Assembly (NCBI GenBank): GCA_963790025.1
Contig: CAWBMP010000004.1
Span: forward strand, 1,280,001-1,344,000
Reading direction: 5' to 3'
DNA: 64,000 bases
Origin: Nitrospirota bacterium
Lineage (GTDB): Bacteria > Nitrospirota > Thermodesulfovibrionia > Thermodesulfovibrionales > Dissulfurispiraceae
Shown: in pieces, positions 49,401 through 59,039 of the stretch
Numbering within the stretch: position 1 is the first letter of the stretch
Layout: each line of letters begins with the position of its first letter
Position numbers and translations under genes: made by a program
Notes under the pieces: model-generated
Seen by the model: the letters and a program-made list of their open reading frames with translations, nothing else
Database searches by the model: none
What the model was told of the DNA's origin: nothing

Positions 49401-49536
49401 GCGAAAGGTCACAGCCAGCATTGCGATAATAGACTATCCTAACGATGCATCTTCACCTGATACAATTATATTGAAAGCGCGCCAACTGCTTCGCAGGGCA
49501 AAGGCGAATGGTGGCGGGCGGATAGAATCTTATTGA
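46450..49536 (+). CDS. Hybrid sensor kinase GAF-PAS-HisKA-HATPase-REC-REC-GGDEF (degenerate)
   Basis: SHELRTPL, NLLSNAVKFT, GTGLGL; REC VVEDD/LLDVMLP/KP; RGSDVIARYGIDEF. Confidence 0.9.
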   Translation: MDEKMEGLTENTILTELYRIGVALLSAGRLEDVLDTLLAEALNTMKAPAGSVALYDKESDSLTIKALRGFSKDFSLVPHWKRKSGGMTDAVLNKKTPLVVSNMEKFPFIVNDLLVREGVKSVIATPLYADDRVIGILYIDDFSNRPWQRREVKFLTLLGIQAAYAIEKFRLIGAISEAKAYLKNVLDDSADIIITTNTKNEIVEFNSSAARKLGYTKQEAAGMEVAELWLNPRERQEVMKILRQNGYVTNYETKLKTKQGGIIDVSLTLSLLKSGDGEVLGTVGISKDITEKKRLEKAVEERTLELLAMNEKLEDKVYERTRDIELANQKLERSNKLKSRFIATISHELRTPLNSILGFSELLLDEVSGPLTERQKRQVNNIYSSGTHLLQLINNVLDIAKIESGKVELHNESFLVKDAVIEVEGVIRSLADKKNQVVKIKSDGIPFIVADRIKFKQILYNLLSNAVKFTPDGGTITIEAGIITAAGLPLQARNLAASPEKNSFLRLSVADTGIGIKNEDLDRVFADFEQGDNSLSRRYEGTGLGLALTKRLVELHDGEIFVESTEGEGCKFTLIIPIVDTTEVEETVPLQAGTETETFIRDELDPSKRRGDPPFILVVEDDLSTSEILTLYLAQGGYRIAHAYNGDETLRRMREVKPFTVLLDVMLPGKDGWEVLQEIKSDPELKEVPVIICSARDNKELGFALGASDYLVKPVDKKSLLMKLDELSSCVNKRKGQMTVLLCIDEHDDTVNLLESFLEPAQYTVITACSGQQGIEMAVKHVPDFIVLDLMVSQTDGFEVMQALKSNVATADIPILAVTSKDLTVHERLALMGKVEKYIRNNNFTKEDLLMHIRDLEVTYPARAGLVDEVSGLFDNCYYHLRLQQEIGRTSRFNGTFSALVLDLDNFTEYIRAHGIRRANICIRKIAEFLRKSLRGSDVIARYGIDEFASMLANTPKSGAEIVAKRLLTYIESYPFYGEEVMPQRKVTASIAIIDYPNDASSPDTIILKARQLLRRAKANGGGRIESY

Positions 49537-49561
49537 ATAACGATGTGAAGTAGAAATATTT

Positions 49562-50626
49562 TTAAAGGTCCTTATTAAGTCTTTTCAGCAGTCTCTCCGT
49601 ATCGAACTGGGTATCAATGAGTTCTTTTATGCGAAGCACTTTTTCTTTCTGACAGATAGTTGTCTTCCCGATAAAAGCCTCTATTCTGTCTACTGCAGTA
49701 AAAGTATCCAGCGGGACCGACACTATCGGGATCCCAAGAAACTGTGCTTTCCCAAGTACGACGTCATTCGTATAGAGCCCTCCCGTGATGATAATGCATT
49801 TAGTCGATGTTTCCATGGCTACAAGCTGTATATCGGAACGGTTGGCACCGGTTATGACCGCCTTGTTAGGTATTCGGCTGAAATAATTGAGGGCGCTGTG
49901 CACATCCATTGCACCGATGGAAAAGTGTTCAACGAGTTCGTCGAGTTTGTCCTCGCAGCATAGCACCTTCCCGTTAAGTATCTCTACAAGCTGCCGTACA
50001 GAAATAGATTCAAGCAGGCTGTCCTTTTGAAAGATGCCGAAAATCGTCACGCCGATCTTTTCCAAAAAGGGGGTTGCTTTCTCCTTGACGTAGCTGAGCG
50101 AGTTTGCCGGCACTTTGTTGAAAATGCCTCCGATAAACTGTTCTCCAATAAGTTTGCCGGCGCCATAGAGGGAATCGATTGACTTGTATCCCCTCCATGC
50201 TTCCACCATAATCACCTTGGCGCCTGTCAGCTCAATCAGACTGGCCGCGTCAATGCCGAGTGTTGATCCTTCAAATAAATCACCCCCCCCGCCTATAATA
50301 AGAATATCTTTGTCCTTTTGCGCGTTGAAGGCATCCAGTATTTGCTCTTTTATATCTATAACATTCCCTTCAAGTATCAAATTTTGCATTTCATAGCTGA
50401 GCACAAAGGGCGAAATTACCTTAAGAGGGTCGGGGAGCGCAAGAGATTCCTGCATAAAAACGGCATCGGCAGCAAACAGATCGTGCCCTTTCTTAACCGG
50501 CGTCTTACCGACAGGCTTTAAATAACCTACCTTATACCCAAGCTCTATCAGCTTCCGGGCGAGCCCCAAAGCAAAAAACGTCTTGCCGGTGAAGCTTCTG
50601 TTTGATGCGATAAAAATAGGAACCAT
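49562..50626 (-). CDS. Phosphotransacetylase N-terminal-like protein (BioD-like P-loop + DRTGG)
   Basis: FTGKT, YLKPVG, IGAM, ITGANRSDIQ, IITGG; no PTA catalytic domain. Confidence 0.85.
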   Translation of the reverse strand: MVPIFIASNRSFTGKTFFALGLARKLIELGYKVGYLKPVGKTPVKKGHDLFAADAVFMQESLALPDPLKVISPFVLSYEMQNLILEGNVIDIKEQILDAFNAQKDKDILIIGGGGDLFEGSTLGIDAASLIELTGAKVIMVEAWRGYKSIDSLYGAGKLIGEQFIGGIFNKVPANSLSYVKEKATPFLEKIGVTIFGIFQKDSLLESISVRQLVEILNGKVLCCEDKLDELVEHFSIGAMDVHSALNYFSRIPNKAVITGANRSDIQLVAMETSTKCIIITGGLYTNDVVLGKAQFLGIPIVSVPLDTFTAVDRIEAFIGKTTICQKEKVLRIKELIDTQFDTERLLKRLNKDL

Positions 50627-50723
50627 GATAGTCCTCCTTTTTAAAAACCAAGGTAAAGGTCAAGGTATGGGTAGAGTTTTTCATTTCTTTCGCTCTACCT
50701 TTGCCTCCACCTCTACCTCGCCG

Positions 50724-52820
50724 TTATTCTGTTCGTGCAAAAATAATCCTTGCATCTATGGCAAAGGCACCTCTATCCAAAACCATTAAAGGATTTATGT
50801 CGAGTTCGCGTATAACCGGAAAATCTGTAACTATTGAGGATATTTTCAAAATGCCGTCTGCTATGGCATCGATGTCTACGCTTTTTTCTCCACGCGCTCC
50901 TTTCAAAAGCGCCCCGGTCTTTATCTCGCTGATCATGGATAAGGCCTCTCTGCGTGTAACAGGCGCAATCCTGAACGAGACATCCTTCAGTATTTCAACA
51001 TATATACCGCCCAATCCGAACATGATCATATGCCCGAATGTCCTGTCATAGGTTACGCCCAGGATTACCTCCTTGCCTCCCTTGATCATTTCGTACATCA
51101 TCACCCCGTTGATCATAGCATCCGGCATAAAACGTTTTGCATTGGCGGTTATTTCGATAAAAGCGTCTTCCGCGGCTATTTCGGAATTAATATTGAGCTT
51201 CACTCCGCCAACATCAGTCTTGTGGAGAATATCAGGAGATGAAATCTTCATTACCAGCGGGAACCCTATGCGTTCGGCAATGGCAGCGGCTTCTTTTGCC
51301 GTTCTTGCGAGGGCCCTTTCCGGAAACGTAAACCCATATTGGGAGAATATTGTCAGGGCGTCATCATCACCAACTTCAAACCTGCCTTTTTCCAAAAGTT
51401 TATCGATACTATTTTTTGTCGCATCTATATTATTTGAGGCGCTCGGGGCTATAAGTTCTTCAGTATTGTTCTTCCAGACCGTGAAATCGCAAAGCTTTTT
51501 AAGAGATTTTACCGCCGTTTCGGGAAAAGAAAACGACGGAACGCCGTTGACCTTCATCTTTTCGATTGAGGGCCTTACGCTAACTTCTCCTATAAAGGAG
51601 GTGATAATCGGCTTATCGGTCTCTTGCGCGGTACGAATTATGATATCGGCGGTGTTTGCAACATCGGTCATTGCCTGAGGCGTAAGGATAACAAGAATAC
51701 TATCGACATTGGGGTCGCTGATTGCGCTGTTGAGGACAACGGCATACCGCTCCGAAGTGGCGTCTCCGATAATATCGACAGGATTATATAATGATGCAGT
51801 TGAAGGGAGCATTTTTGAAATATAATCTATGCTCTTCTTTGTCATAATAGGCAGCATAATGCCGGTTTGTTCGGACATGTCGGCAGCCAGTATTCCGGGG
51901 CCGCCGGCATTGGTGATAATCAGCAGCCTGTTGCCGGCAGGGAGTTTCCCGGATGCAAAGGCAAGAGCGGTATCGAACAGGTCCTGTATACCCTGGGCAC
52001 GCATAATGCCCGTCTGCCTGAAAGCGGCGTTGAATGCGGTCTCCGATCCTGCGAGAGCACCGGTATGTGATGAGGCCGCACGGGCGCCGGCCTCGGTACC
52101 CCCGGATTTTATCAGGATGATCGGCTTTATTTTTGTCGCCTTTCTTGCCACATCCAAAAATCTCTTACCATCTATAACATCCTCAATATAGCCCAAAACA
52201 ACGTCGGTATCCGGGTCGGTGGCGAAATATTCAATAAAGTCTGTCTCATTGAGGTCCGTTTTATTGCCGAGACTGATGAACTTCGAGAATCCCATATTGT
52301 TACCCAGCGCCCAATCAAGAATAGCGATCCCGAGGGCTCCGGATTGGGAGAAAAAAGCTATTTTCCCTTTGGGCAGCATCCCACCTGCAAAAGAGGCGTT
52401 CATATTATTAGAAGTATTTATTATACCGAGACAGTTCGGACCCAGTATCCTGATACCGTGTGTTATGCTGATTTCCTTAAGTCTTTTTTCGAGTCTCACG
52501 CCCTCGGGCCCCGCCTCCTTGAACCCGGCGCTCAGAATGACCGCGGCCTTGACGCCTGCATTAGCGCAATCAAGGAGTGCATCAGGCACAGCACAAGCCG
52601 GTACAGCTATTACGGCAAGCTCCGGAGGCTTCCCAATTTCGGCAACCCTGCGGTATGACCTGAGACCTAGCAGGTTGTCGGCTGTCGGATTAACAGGATA
52701 GATGCTTCCTCCATAGTTGAACTTTATGAGATTGTGCAGGACGGCATAGCCCACCTTTTTGGGATCTTTTGACGCACCAATGACGGCTATTGATTCAGGA
52801 TCAAACAGGGATTCAAGCAT
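50724..52820 (-). CDS. Acetate/acyl-CoA ligase (ADP-forming), fused alpha/beta
   Basis: IAVIGAS, GPNCLG, SQSG, SSHTGAL phospho-His, HKTDVGGV, ELDINP. Confidence 0.9.
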   Translation of the reverse strand: MLESLFDPESIAVIGASKDPKKVGYAVLHNLIKFNYGGSIYPVNPTADNLLGLRSYRRVAEIGKPPELAVIAVPACAVPDALLDCANAGVKAAVILSAGFKEAGPEGVRLEKRLKEISITHGIRILGPNCLGIINTSNNMNASFAGGMLPKGKIAFFSQSGALGIAILDWALGNNMGFSKFISLGNKTDLNETDFIEYFATDPDTDVVLGYIEDVIDGKRFLDVARKATKIKPIILIKSGGTEAGARAASSHTGALAGSETAFNAAFRQTGIMRAQGIQDLFDTALAFASGKLPAGNRLLIITNAGGPGILAADMSEQTGIMLPIMTKKSIDYISKMLPSTASLYNPVDIIGDATSERYAVVLNSAISDPNVDSILVILTPQAMTDVANTADIIIRTAQETDKPIITSFIGEVSVRPSIEKMKVNGVPSFSFPETAVKSLKKLCDFTVWKNNTEELIAPSASNNIDATKNSIDKLLEKGRFEVGDDDALTIFSQYGFTFPERALARTAKEAAAIAERIGFPLVMKISSPDILHKTDVGGVKLNINSEIAAEDAFIEITANAKRFMPDAMINGVMMYEMIKGGKEVILGVTYDRTFGHMIMFGLGGIYVEILKDVSFRIAPVTRREALSMISEIKTGALLKGARGEKSVDIDAIADGILKISSIVTDFPVIRELDINPLMVLDRGAFAIDARIIFARTE

Positions 52821-52955
52821 TGAATAAGTTTACCCGGGAATTACTCTGCGGTCAAGTGGCCCGGCACAGCATAATTAAAAGAAGATGTTAGAATACGGGC
52901 ATGGATGAGATAAATTCACGTATGCTTGCATTTAGACTTTGCAGATGCCGATCAG

Positions 52956-53405
52956 TCATCTATTGATTGCCGATTCCAACCATGCCCGCATCTCGGTTTC
53001 CGGATAAGCCCCGTAGAGTGTATCTACAAGCTTGCCGTTCCCGTAAACCAGTATCGATGGAACAGCCCTGATTTGAAAGCGGCTGGTAAGAACAGGTTCT
53101 CTTTCGATGTTGACCCTTACGACCTTCACGAGGCCGGCTTTCTCATGCGCCAGCCTTTCCAAGAGGGGCTGAATCATAGAACAAGCACTGCACGTTTGGG
53201 ACCAGAACTCGACTATTGCCTTCCCGGCCCATTCCAAAACTTCCTTCCCGTAATTCTCTATAGTCCCCTCGACAGGCCTCACAGGAAATTCGAGAAGGCG
53301 TCTGCATTTTCCGCAACGAGGCCGCTCCATCAGCCTGCTTGACTGGACATGGTTCAGAGTTCTGCACGACCTGCATCTGAGGTATACCGAATCACCTGTA
53401 TTCAT
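52956..53405 (-). CDS. trxC: Thioredoxin 2 (zinc-finger thioredoxin)
   Basis: CRSC...CGKC Zn finger; WSQTCSAC active site; IRAVP. Confidence 0.75.
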   Translation of the reverse strand: MNTGDSVYLRCRSCRTLNHVQSSRLMERPRCGKCRRLLEFPVRPVEGTIENYGKEVLEWAGKAIVEFWSQTCSACSMIQPLLERLAHEKAGLVKVVRVNIEREPVLTSRFQIRAVPSILVYGNGKLVDTLYGAYPETEMRAWLESAINR

Positions 53406-53682
53406 GTTTAATATCTAATGGCAAATACGTAATTTCATATGATAACATGCAAAGTGCAGTACCATGTAAATTACGTCGAAGGCTTCAGTCTTCTGCTCCC
53501 GGCAAAACCGAGAATTTTGAAACTTTTCCCCATCATCATCTACCTCCCGATTAATTCGTCTACGATAGCAAGTCAAAAATAGACGCACTTAATGCATCTT
53601 TCTTACAGTGTATCATCTTTTATGCAATACCTTAAGAAAAGACATCGCGAAAGTGTAAATGGCGCCTATCCGCCTGATAGTC

Positions 53683-55035
53683 TTATATTACGGGCAGCCT
53701 GGCTATAGATTCTTTTATCATTGCCTCCGGATACTCGTGATCTATGAGTTTTCCTCTAAGGTAATCGTCATATGCAGCAAGATCGAGGTAGCCGTGGCCG
53801 CTAAGGTTGAAGAGGATGCATTTCTCCTTGCCTTCCTCTTTGCATTGCATCGCCTCATCGATCGCCGCACGTATTGCATGTGAGGTTTCCGGAGCAGGTA
53901 TGATCCCCTCGCTTTTTGCAAAAAGTACGGCCGCTTCAAAGCATGAGAGTTGCGGGTATGCCCTTGCCTCAATGATACCGTCGTAATAAAGCTGCGAAAC
54001 AAGGGGCGAATCGCCATGATACCGCAACCCTCCAGCATGAATACCAGGGGGAATAAAGTCGTGACCGAGAGTATACATCATCATAAACGGTGTAAGTCCG
54101 GCGGTATCTCCGAAGTCGTATCTGAACTCTCCTTTGGTAAGCGTGGGACAGGATGCCGGCTCCACGGCTATGGCCCGAAGTTCTTTTCCATGCATTTTGT
54201 CGTAAAGGAAGGGGAAGCTGATGCCGCCGAAATTGCTGCCGCCGCCACAGCAGCCGATTATAATATCAGGGTATTCACCTGCGAGGGCAAGCTGTTTTTT
54301 TGACTCGAGGCCGATAACCGTTTGATGCAGGAGTACGTGGTTCAAAACAGAGCCAAGGGCATAGTTGGTATCTGTATGAGTTGCAGCGTCTTCAACCGCC
54401 TCAGAGATCGCCAGCCCCAGACTTCCGGGAGTTGCCGGGTCTGCCTCAAGTGCCTTTCTGCCGGAATTAGTGACTGTCGAAGGACTCGGATGCACTGTCG
54501 CACCCCATGTCTCCATGGAAATCTTCCTATAGGGCTTCTGGTCATAGCTCACGCGCACCATATATACCGTGACATCCAATCCGAACATATTGCCTGCAAG
54601 GGCCATCGACGAGCCCCACTGGCCGGCGCCGGTTTCGGTGGCGATTCTGGTTATCCCTGCTTTTTTGTTATAAAACGCCTGCGGAACAGCGGTATTGGGC
54701 TTATGACTTCCAGCCGGACTCACTCCTTCATATTTATAGTAAATCCGGGCAGGAGTTTTCAATACTGCCTCCAACCGTTTTGCCCTGAACAAAGGGGCAG
54801 GCCTCCAAAGAGTATAAATATCCAGGACCTCATCGGGAATCGTTACCCATCGTTCGGCAGACATCTCCTGTTCAATAAGAGACATTGGGAATATGGCTGC
54901 CAGGTCATCAGGGCCGACGGGCTTTTTTGTTGCGGGATGAAGCGGCGGGCCAGGAATATGGGGCATATCTGCCATGATGTTGTACCATTGCTTCGGTATG
55001 TCTTTTTCAGGTAGAAGAATTTTTGTTTCGGACAT
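53683..55035 (-). CDS. trpB: TrpB-like PLP enzyme (tryptophan synthase beta type 2)
   Basis: [32 protein letters not shown]; no trpA adjacent. Confidence 0.9.
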   Translation of the reverse strand: MSETKILLPEKDIPKQWYNIMADMPHIPGPPLHPATKKPVGPDDLAAIFPMSLIEQEMSAERWVTIPDEVLDIYTLWRPAPLFRAKRLEAVLKTPARIYYKYEGVSPAGSHKPNTAVPQAFYNKKAGITRIATETGAGQWGSSMALAGNMFGLDVTVYMVRVSYDQKPYRKISMETWGATVHPSPSTVTNSGRKALEADPATPGSLGLAISEAVEDAATHTDTNYALGSVLNHVLLHQTVIGLESKKQLALAGEYPDIIIGCCGGGSNFGGISFPFLYDKMHGKELRAIAVEPASCPTLTKGEFRYDFGDTAGLTPFMMMYTLGHDFIPPGIHAGGLRYHGDSPLVSQLYYDGIIEARAYPQLSCFEAAVLFAKSEGIIPAPETSHAIRAAIDEAMQCKEEGKEKCILFNLSGHGYLDLAAYDDYLRGKLIDHEYPEAMIKESIARLPVI

Positions 55036-55193
55036 TTCCCCTCCATGCTATAAGTGCTTGAATCATGATGATCTTAATGGTTTATTATACAATTAAGATA
55101 GCATTTGTTGAACTCCGGCCGCTGCGCATCGCTATGATACAAATCCTCTCCTTAAACCAGGTATACGTTGTCTTTAAACAATGCGCCAAGGTC

Positions 55194-56426
55194 TTATGAT
55201 TGCTCCAAGGAGTCAGTATTCGTTAGCTGCGGGAAAAGGCGTGTCCATATTGCGATGATGATAAGTGTGCCAATGCCGCCGATCACTACAGACGGCACAA
55301 CGCCAAACCAGGCGGCGGTTACACCGGATTCAAATTCTCCCAGCTGGTTCGAGGTACCAATAAACATCGAGTTCACGGCGCTCACCCGTCCTCGCATTTC
55401 ATCGGGAGTCTTTATCTGGATAAGAGAGTGCCGAATGACAACGCTGATCACATCCGCAGCTCCAAGTACAACCATTGTACAAAGTGACAGGACGAACGAA
55501 GTCGATATAGCAAACACAATGGTAGCCACACCAAAAATCGTTACTGCACCAAACATGATCCGCCCGACTCGGCGTCGGAGCGGGTGGCGCGCCAGTAATA
55601 TCGACATTGCGAGCGCTCCGACCGCAGGGGCTGAGCGCAGCAAGCCCAATCCCCAGGGACCGGTTGACAGGATGTCTCGCGCATAAATGGGCAAAAGTGC
55701 CGTTGCTCCGCCAAAGAGCACAGCGAAAAGATCGAGGGATATGGCCCCCAAGATAGCCGGACGGCCTCGGATAAAGGAAATGCCCGCAAATAGTGACTGA
55801 AGGGTGACCAGTTCGTGCTTTGCGGGTACATGTTCACTCTTGATCAGGGAAGTGAATATGCTCGCCGCGAAAAACAAAACAGCGGCAGTAAAATAGACTG
55901 TGGCAGGGCCCGCAGCATACAGCAATCCTCCGATTGCGGGGCCCAGAATGGTGGCAGTCTGGAATGATGAGGCGCCCCAGGCGGCGGCACGCGGTATAAG
56001 TGCGATAGGAACCAGGGTAGGCATCAGCGACTGCATAGTAGGCCACTCGAAGGCATGTGCCGCTCCAACAACAAACAATGCGGCAAAGATGCTCCTCTCG
56101 CTCAGCCAGCCGCTGGAGCTTCCTATTGCCAGTACCCCTATGGCAACGGCCTCAATTGCCAGGCAGAGACGAGCAACAATGCGGCGGTTATAGCGGTCGG
56201 CAACATGTCCCGTAACAAGCGTTAGAAAAAACATCGGCAGAAACTGTACGAGGCCGACAAGGCCGAGATCCATTGCACTGCCTGTTAATGCATATATATG
56301 CCAGCCCACGGCAACTCCCAGCATCTGGAAGGCAAGGGAAGTGGACACCCGTGCGCACAGGAACAAAGCAAAGGGCTTGTGCCGCAGAATTGATTGAGAT
56401 ACAGCTGGATTAGGTGGCAGATCCAT
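55194..56426 (-). CDS. MFS transporter (EntS/MFS_3-like)
   Basis: GHVADRYNRR, LDLFAVLFGGATALLP, RGRV, SNQLGEFESG. Confidence 0.9.
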   Translation of the reverse strand: MDLPPNPAVSQSILRHKPFALFLCARVSTSLAFQMLGVAVGWHIYALTGSAMDLGLVGLVQFLPMFFLTLVTGHVADRYNRRIVARLCLAIEAVAIGVLAIGSSSGWLSERSIFAALFVVGAAHAFEWPTMQSLMPTLVPIALIPRAAAWGASSFQTATILGPAIGGLLYAAGPATVYFTAAVLFFAASIFTSLIKSEHVPAKHELVTLQSLFAGISFIRGRPAILGAISLDLFAVLFGGATALLPIYARDILSTGPWGLGLLRSAPAVGALAMSILLARHPLRRRVGRIMFGAVTIFGVATIVFAISTSFVLSLCTMVVLGAADVISVVIRHSLIQIKTPDEMRGRVSAVNSMFIGTSNQLGEFESGVTAAWFGVVPSVVIGGIGTLIIIAIWTRLFPQLTNTDSLEQS

Positions 56427-56485
56427 AATAGTATAAATGCAAACGCGGAATTGTTCTGTTCAGTCAAAAAACCGAGTACATCAGC

Positions 56486-57202
56486 TTACCGACCTTTTAC
56501 AAGCGGATCAGGCAATCCAGCTTCCTTGAACCCTTTTGCCCGTAACAAACAGCTATCGCATCGGCCGCAGGGAACAAAACCGTGCTGCGCAATGCGTGAC
56601 GCATGAGCAGCCTCATCACTGCCTTTCTGCGGGTCATAACAGCTCCAGGTTTGCGCATAATCCAGACCGAGGGCAACGCCTCTTTTAATTATTCCGGCCT
56701 TTGTCAGATCAATCAGAGGTCTATAGATTTTAAATTGCATTTTCCCCTCTACAGATATCTTTGTAGAAAGGTTTGCCATCATTTCAAATGCGGTGAAATA
56801 TTCCGGGCGGCAGTCAGGATACCCGCTATAGTCAATAGCGTTTGCACCAATAAAGATATGCGGCGCCCCGAGGACTTCGGACCATGCCAGGGCAAAAGAA
56901 AGGAAAATAGTGTTGCGCGCCGGGACATAAGTAACGGGAATATCGGATGACACATCGCGGTCTTTAGGCACTTCAATGTCCGAGGTCAGAGCGGAACCGC
57001 CGATTTCTCTGAGGTCGAATTTAATAAAAAGGTGGTTGCGAATGCCGAGGCTTGCCGCCACCATTTTAGCGGACTCAAGCTCTACACGGTGTCTTTGCGC
57101 GTAATCAAAGCTTAAAGCGTGCACATCGTAGCCCTCTGCTTTTGCAATGGCGGCTGTTGTCGAGGAGTCGAGTCCTCCGCTCAGAAGCACTACAGCTTTC
57201 AT
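56486..57202 (-). CDS. queC: 7-cyano-7-deazaguanine synthase
   Basis: SGGLDS, TYVPARN, YPDCRP, SCY...CGRCDSC. Confidence 0.95.
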   Translation of the reverse strand: MKAVVLLSGGLDSSTTAAIAKAEGYDVHALSFDYAQRHRVELESAKMVAASLGIRNHLFIKFDLREIGGSALTSDIEVPKDRDVSSDIPVTYVPARNTIFLSFALAWSEVLGAPHIFIGANAIDYSGYPDCRPEYFTAFEMMANLSTKISVEGKMQFKIYRPLIDLTKAGIIKRGVALGLDYAQTWSCYDPQKGSDEAAHASRIAQHGFVPCGRCDSCLLRAKGFKEAGLPDPLVKGR

Positions 57203-57837
57203 GTTTTTTGCCCCATTATGCTTTCGGTCCCGTCCAGCAGACGCTTGATATTATCCTTATGTTTAATGAAGATGAGCAGGGTCATAACGCATGAAATGAA
57301 TATCTTCTCTTTAGAATAGTCTATCAAATAAAAGCTTAGAGGCAAGAGTCCAAAGGCTGTAAGGGCGCTCAGAGAGGAGTACCGCGTCCACTTTGCAGTG
57401 AGGACCCAGATAAGGACCGAAAAAAGGGCCACATACGGTGACAGAACAATGAGGACCCCTATGCTTGTTGCAACTCCTTTGCCACCTCTGCCTTTGAGCA
57501 GAAAGGAAAAATCATGACCGGCTATCGAAGCGAGCCCCAACAATCCTTCGATTGCCGCATGAGGATCGGAAATTGAAAACGGCAGTGTGCCGGGGTCCCA
57601 AATCCGGTAACCCTGGCTGTCGAGAGTTTTATAAATAACCAACGGGACAGCCCCTTTAGCAATATCCCCGATAAGTGTGAGCAGAGCAGCCCTTTTGCCC
57701 ACGGCCCTCAGAACATTGGTGGCCCCGATATTGCCGCTCCCGACCTTTCTAAGGTCAATCCCTTTCACGCGTGCAATAATCAACCCAGTCGGAAGCGACC
57801 CGATTAAAAACGAAAACAGCACAAGGACTAATAGCAT
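57199..57837 (-). CDS. plsY: Glycerol-3-phosphate acyltransferase
   Basis: [34 protein letters not shown]. Confidence 0.95.
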   Translation of the reverse strand: MLLVLVLFSFLIGSLPTGLIIARVKGIDLRKVGSGNIGATNVLRAVGKRAALLTLIGDIAKGAVPLVIYKTLDSQGYRIWDPGTLPFSISDPHAAIEGLLGLASIAGHDFSFLLKGRGGKGVATSIGVLIVLSPYVALFSVLIWVLTAKWTRYSSLSALTAFGLLPLSFYLIDYSKEKIFISCVMTLLIFIKHKDNIKRLLDGTESIMGQKT

Positions 57838-57871
57838 GCCGTTTTCCTAAGCAGTAATTCGGAAAGCGATA

Positions 57872-57932
57872 AGTGTAATGAAGGATATGTTTCCGGAGCG
57901 AATCGCGGAGGAAACATATCCTTCATTACACT
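57872..57932. repeat. Perfect 23-bp inverted repeat with 15-nt loop between pgsA and plsY
   Basis: AGTGTAATGAAGGATATGTTTCC / GGAAACATATCCTTCATTACACT. Confidence 0.9.
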
Positions 57933-57940
57933 GAAACCAA

Positions 57941-58477
57941 TCATTGAATCCGTTTCCAGAAAGATATGGTGTAGTTCACGCCGGAAGTGATCGCAAGCAC
58001 AAGGGCCACATACATAAGGATGAGGCCCACATCGTAAAAATCAACATTGCCGATGCCGCCGGGCAGAAGGAGGAGTACTATAGATACCATCTGCGCGGTA
58101 GTCTTTAGCTTGCCTCCTGTTTCCGCCGGGATGACGATGTCTTTCGACAATGCTACGACCCTTAAGGCAGTGACCACAAATTCCCGCACAATTATTATTA
58201 TCGCGATCCATGCGGAAAGCCTGACCATATCAACTAATAGAATCAGCGCGGAAATAACAAGAAATTTATCTGCGATCGGGTCAAGGATTATGCCGAATTT
58301 CGTTATTTGACCCGATCTTCTTGCCAGGTAGCCGTCTAAAAAATCTGTCAGTGAGGCAATCAGAAAGATGCTGATGCCCAAATACGGACTGCCTGGAGTA
58401 ATAATAACAAAGAAAGGAATAAGAAATATCCTGCTGAAGGTGAGGATTGTGGGTACATTAAACCTGATCGTACGCAT
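57941..58477 (-). CDS. pgsA: CDP-diacylglycerol--glycerol-3-phosphate 3-phosphatidyltransferase
   Basis: TDFLDGYLARR...G..LDPIADK, RE, GKLKT. Confidence 0.95.
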   Translation of the reverse strand: MRTIRFNVPTILTFSRIFLIPFFVIITPGSPYLGISIFLIASLTDFLDGYLARRSGQITKFGIILDPIADKFLVISALILLVDMVRLSAWIAIIIIVREFVVTALRVVALSKDIVIPAETGGKLKTTAQMVSIVLLLLPGGIGNVDFYDVGLILMYVALVLAITSGVNYTISFWKRIQ

Positions 58478-59039
58478 CCAGCAATTCGCCCCATTTCCCG
58501 TTCGCTTTTAATATCAGATCGCAAATCTCCCTCACCGCGCCTCTGCCGCCGCGCGCTTTGGTGACAAAAAGGGCCGCCTCCTTAGCCTCTTCAGCCGCAT
58601 CAGCCACAGCAACAGCAAGGCCGACTCTTTTAAACAGCGGAACATCCACAACATCATCCCCGATATAGGCCACTTCTTCAGCCGCAACTCCGAATTTCGA
58701 GAGCAGTTCCTGATAGGCTGTGATTTTGTTGTGAGAGCGCTGGTAGACCTCTGTGATTCCCAGCTCAGAGGCCCGCCTGTCCACAACTTTGGAATTTCTT
58801 CCTGAAATAATCGCAACTTTGACACCGGCCTTTTTGAGCATTACCAGCCCATGCCCGTCGCGGACATTAAACGATTTGAATTCATTGCCTTCGTTATCGA
58901 GAATAATGCCCCCATCCGTAAGCACCCCATCAACATCCAGTACAAGCAGCTTGATCTTACCGGCTATTTTTATTATGCTAAGCGGGATTTTTTCGAGTTT
59001 TGCCGGATGTTTCGTTGCCGGGGCTTTTCGTGCGCCCAC
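58458..59039 (-). CDS. kdsC: KDO 8-phosphate phosphatase
   Basis: LDVDGVLTDG, FNVRDG, GDDVVD, GGRGAVRE. Confidence 0.9.
   Translation of the reverse strand: MGARKAPATKHPAKLEKIPLSIIKIAGKIKLLVLDVDGVLTDGGIILDNEGNEFKSFNVRDGHGLVMLKKAGVKVAIISGRNSKVVDRRASELGITEVYQRSHNKITAYQELLSKFGVAAEEVAYIGDDVVDVPLFKRVGLAVAVADAAEEAKEAALFVTKARGGRGAVREICDLILKANGKWGELLDAYDQV

Noticed and set aside
49040..49536. Active diguanylate cyclase
   Set aside because: Signature is GIDEF; treated as probably catalytically degenerate
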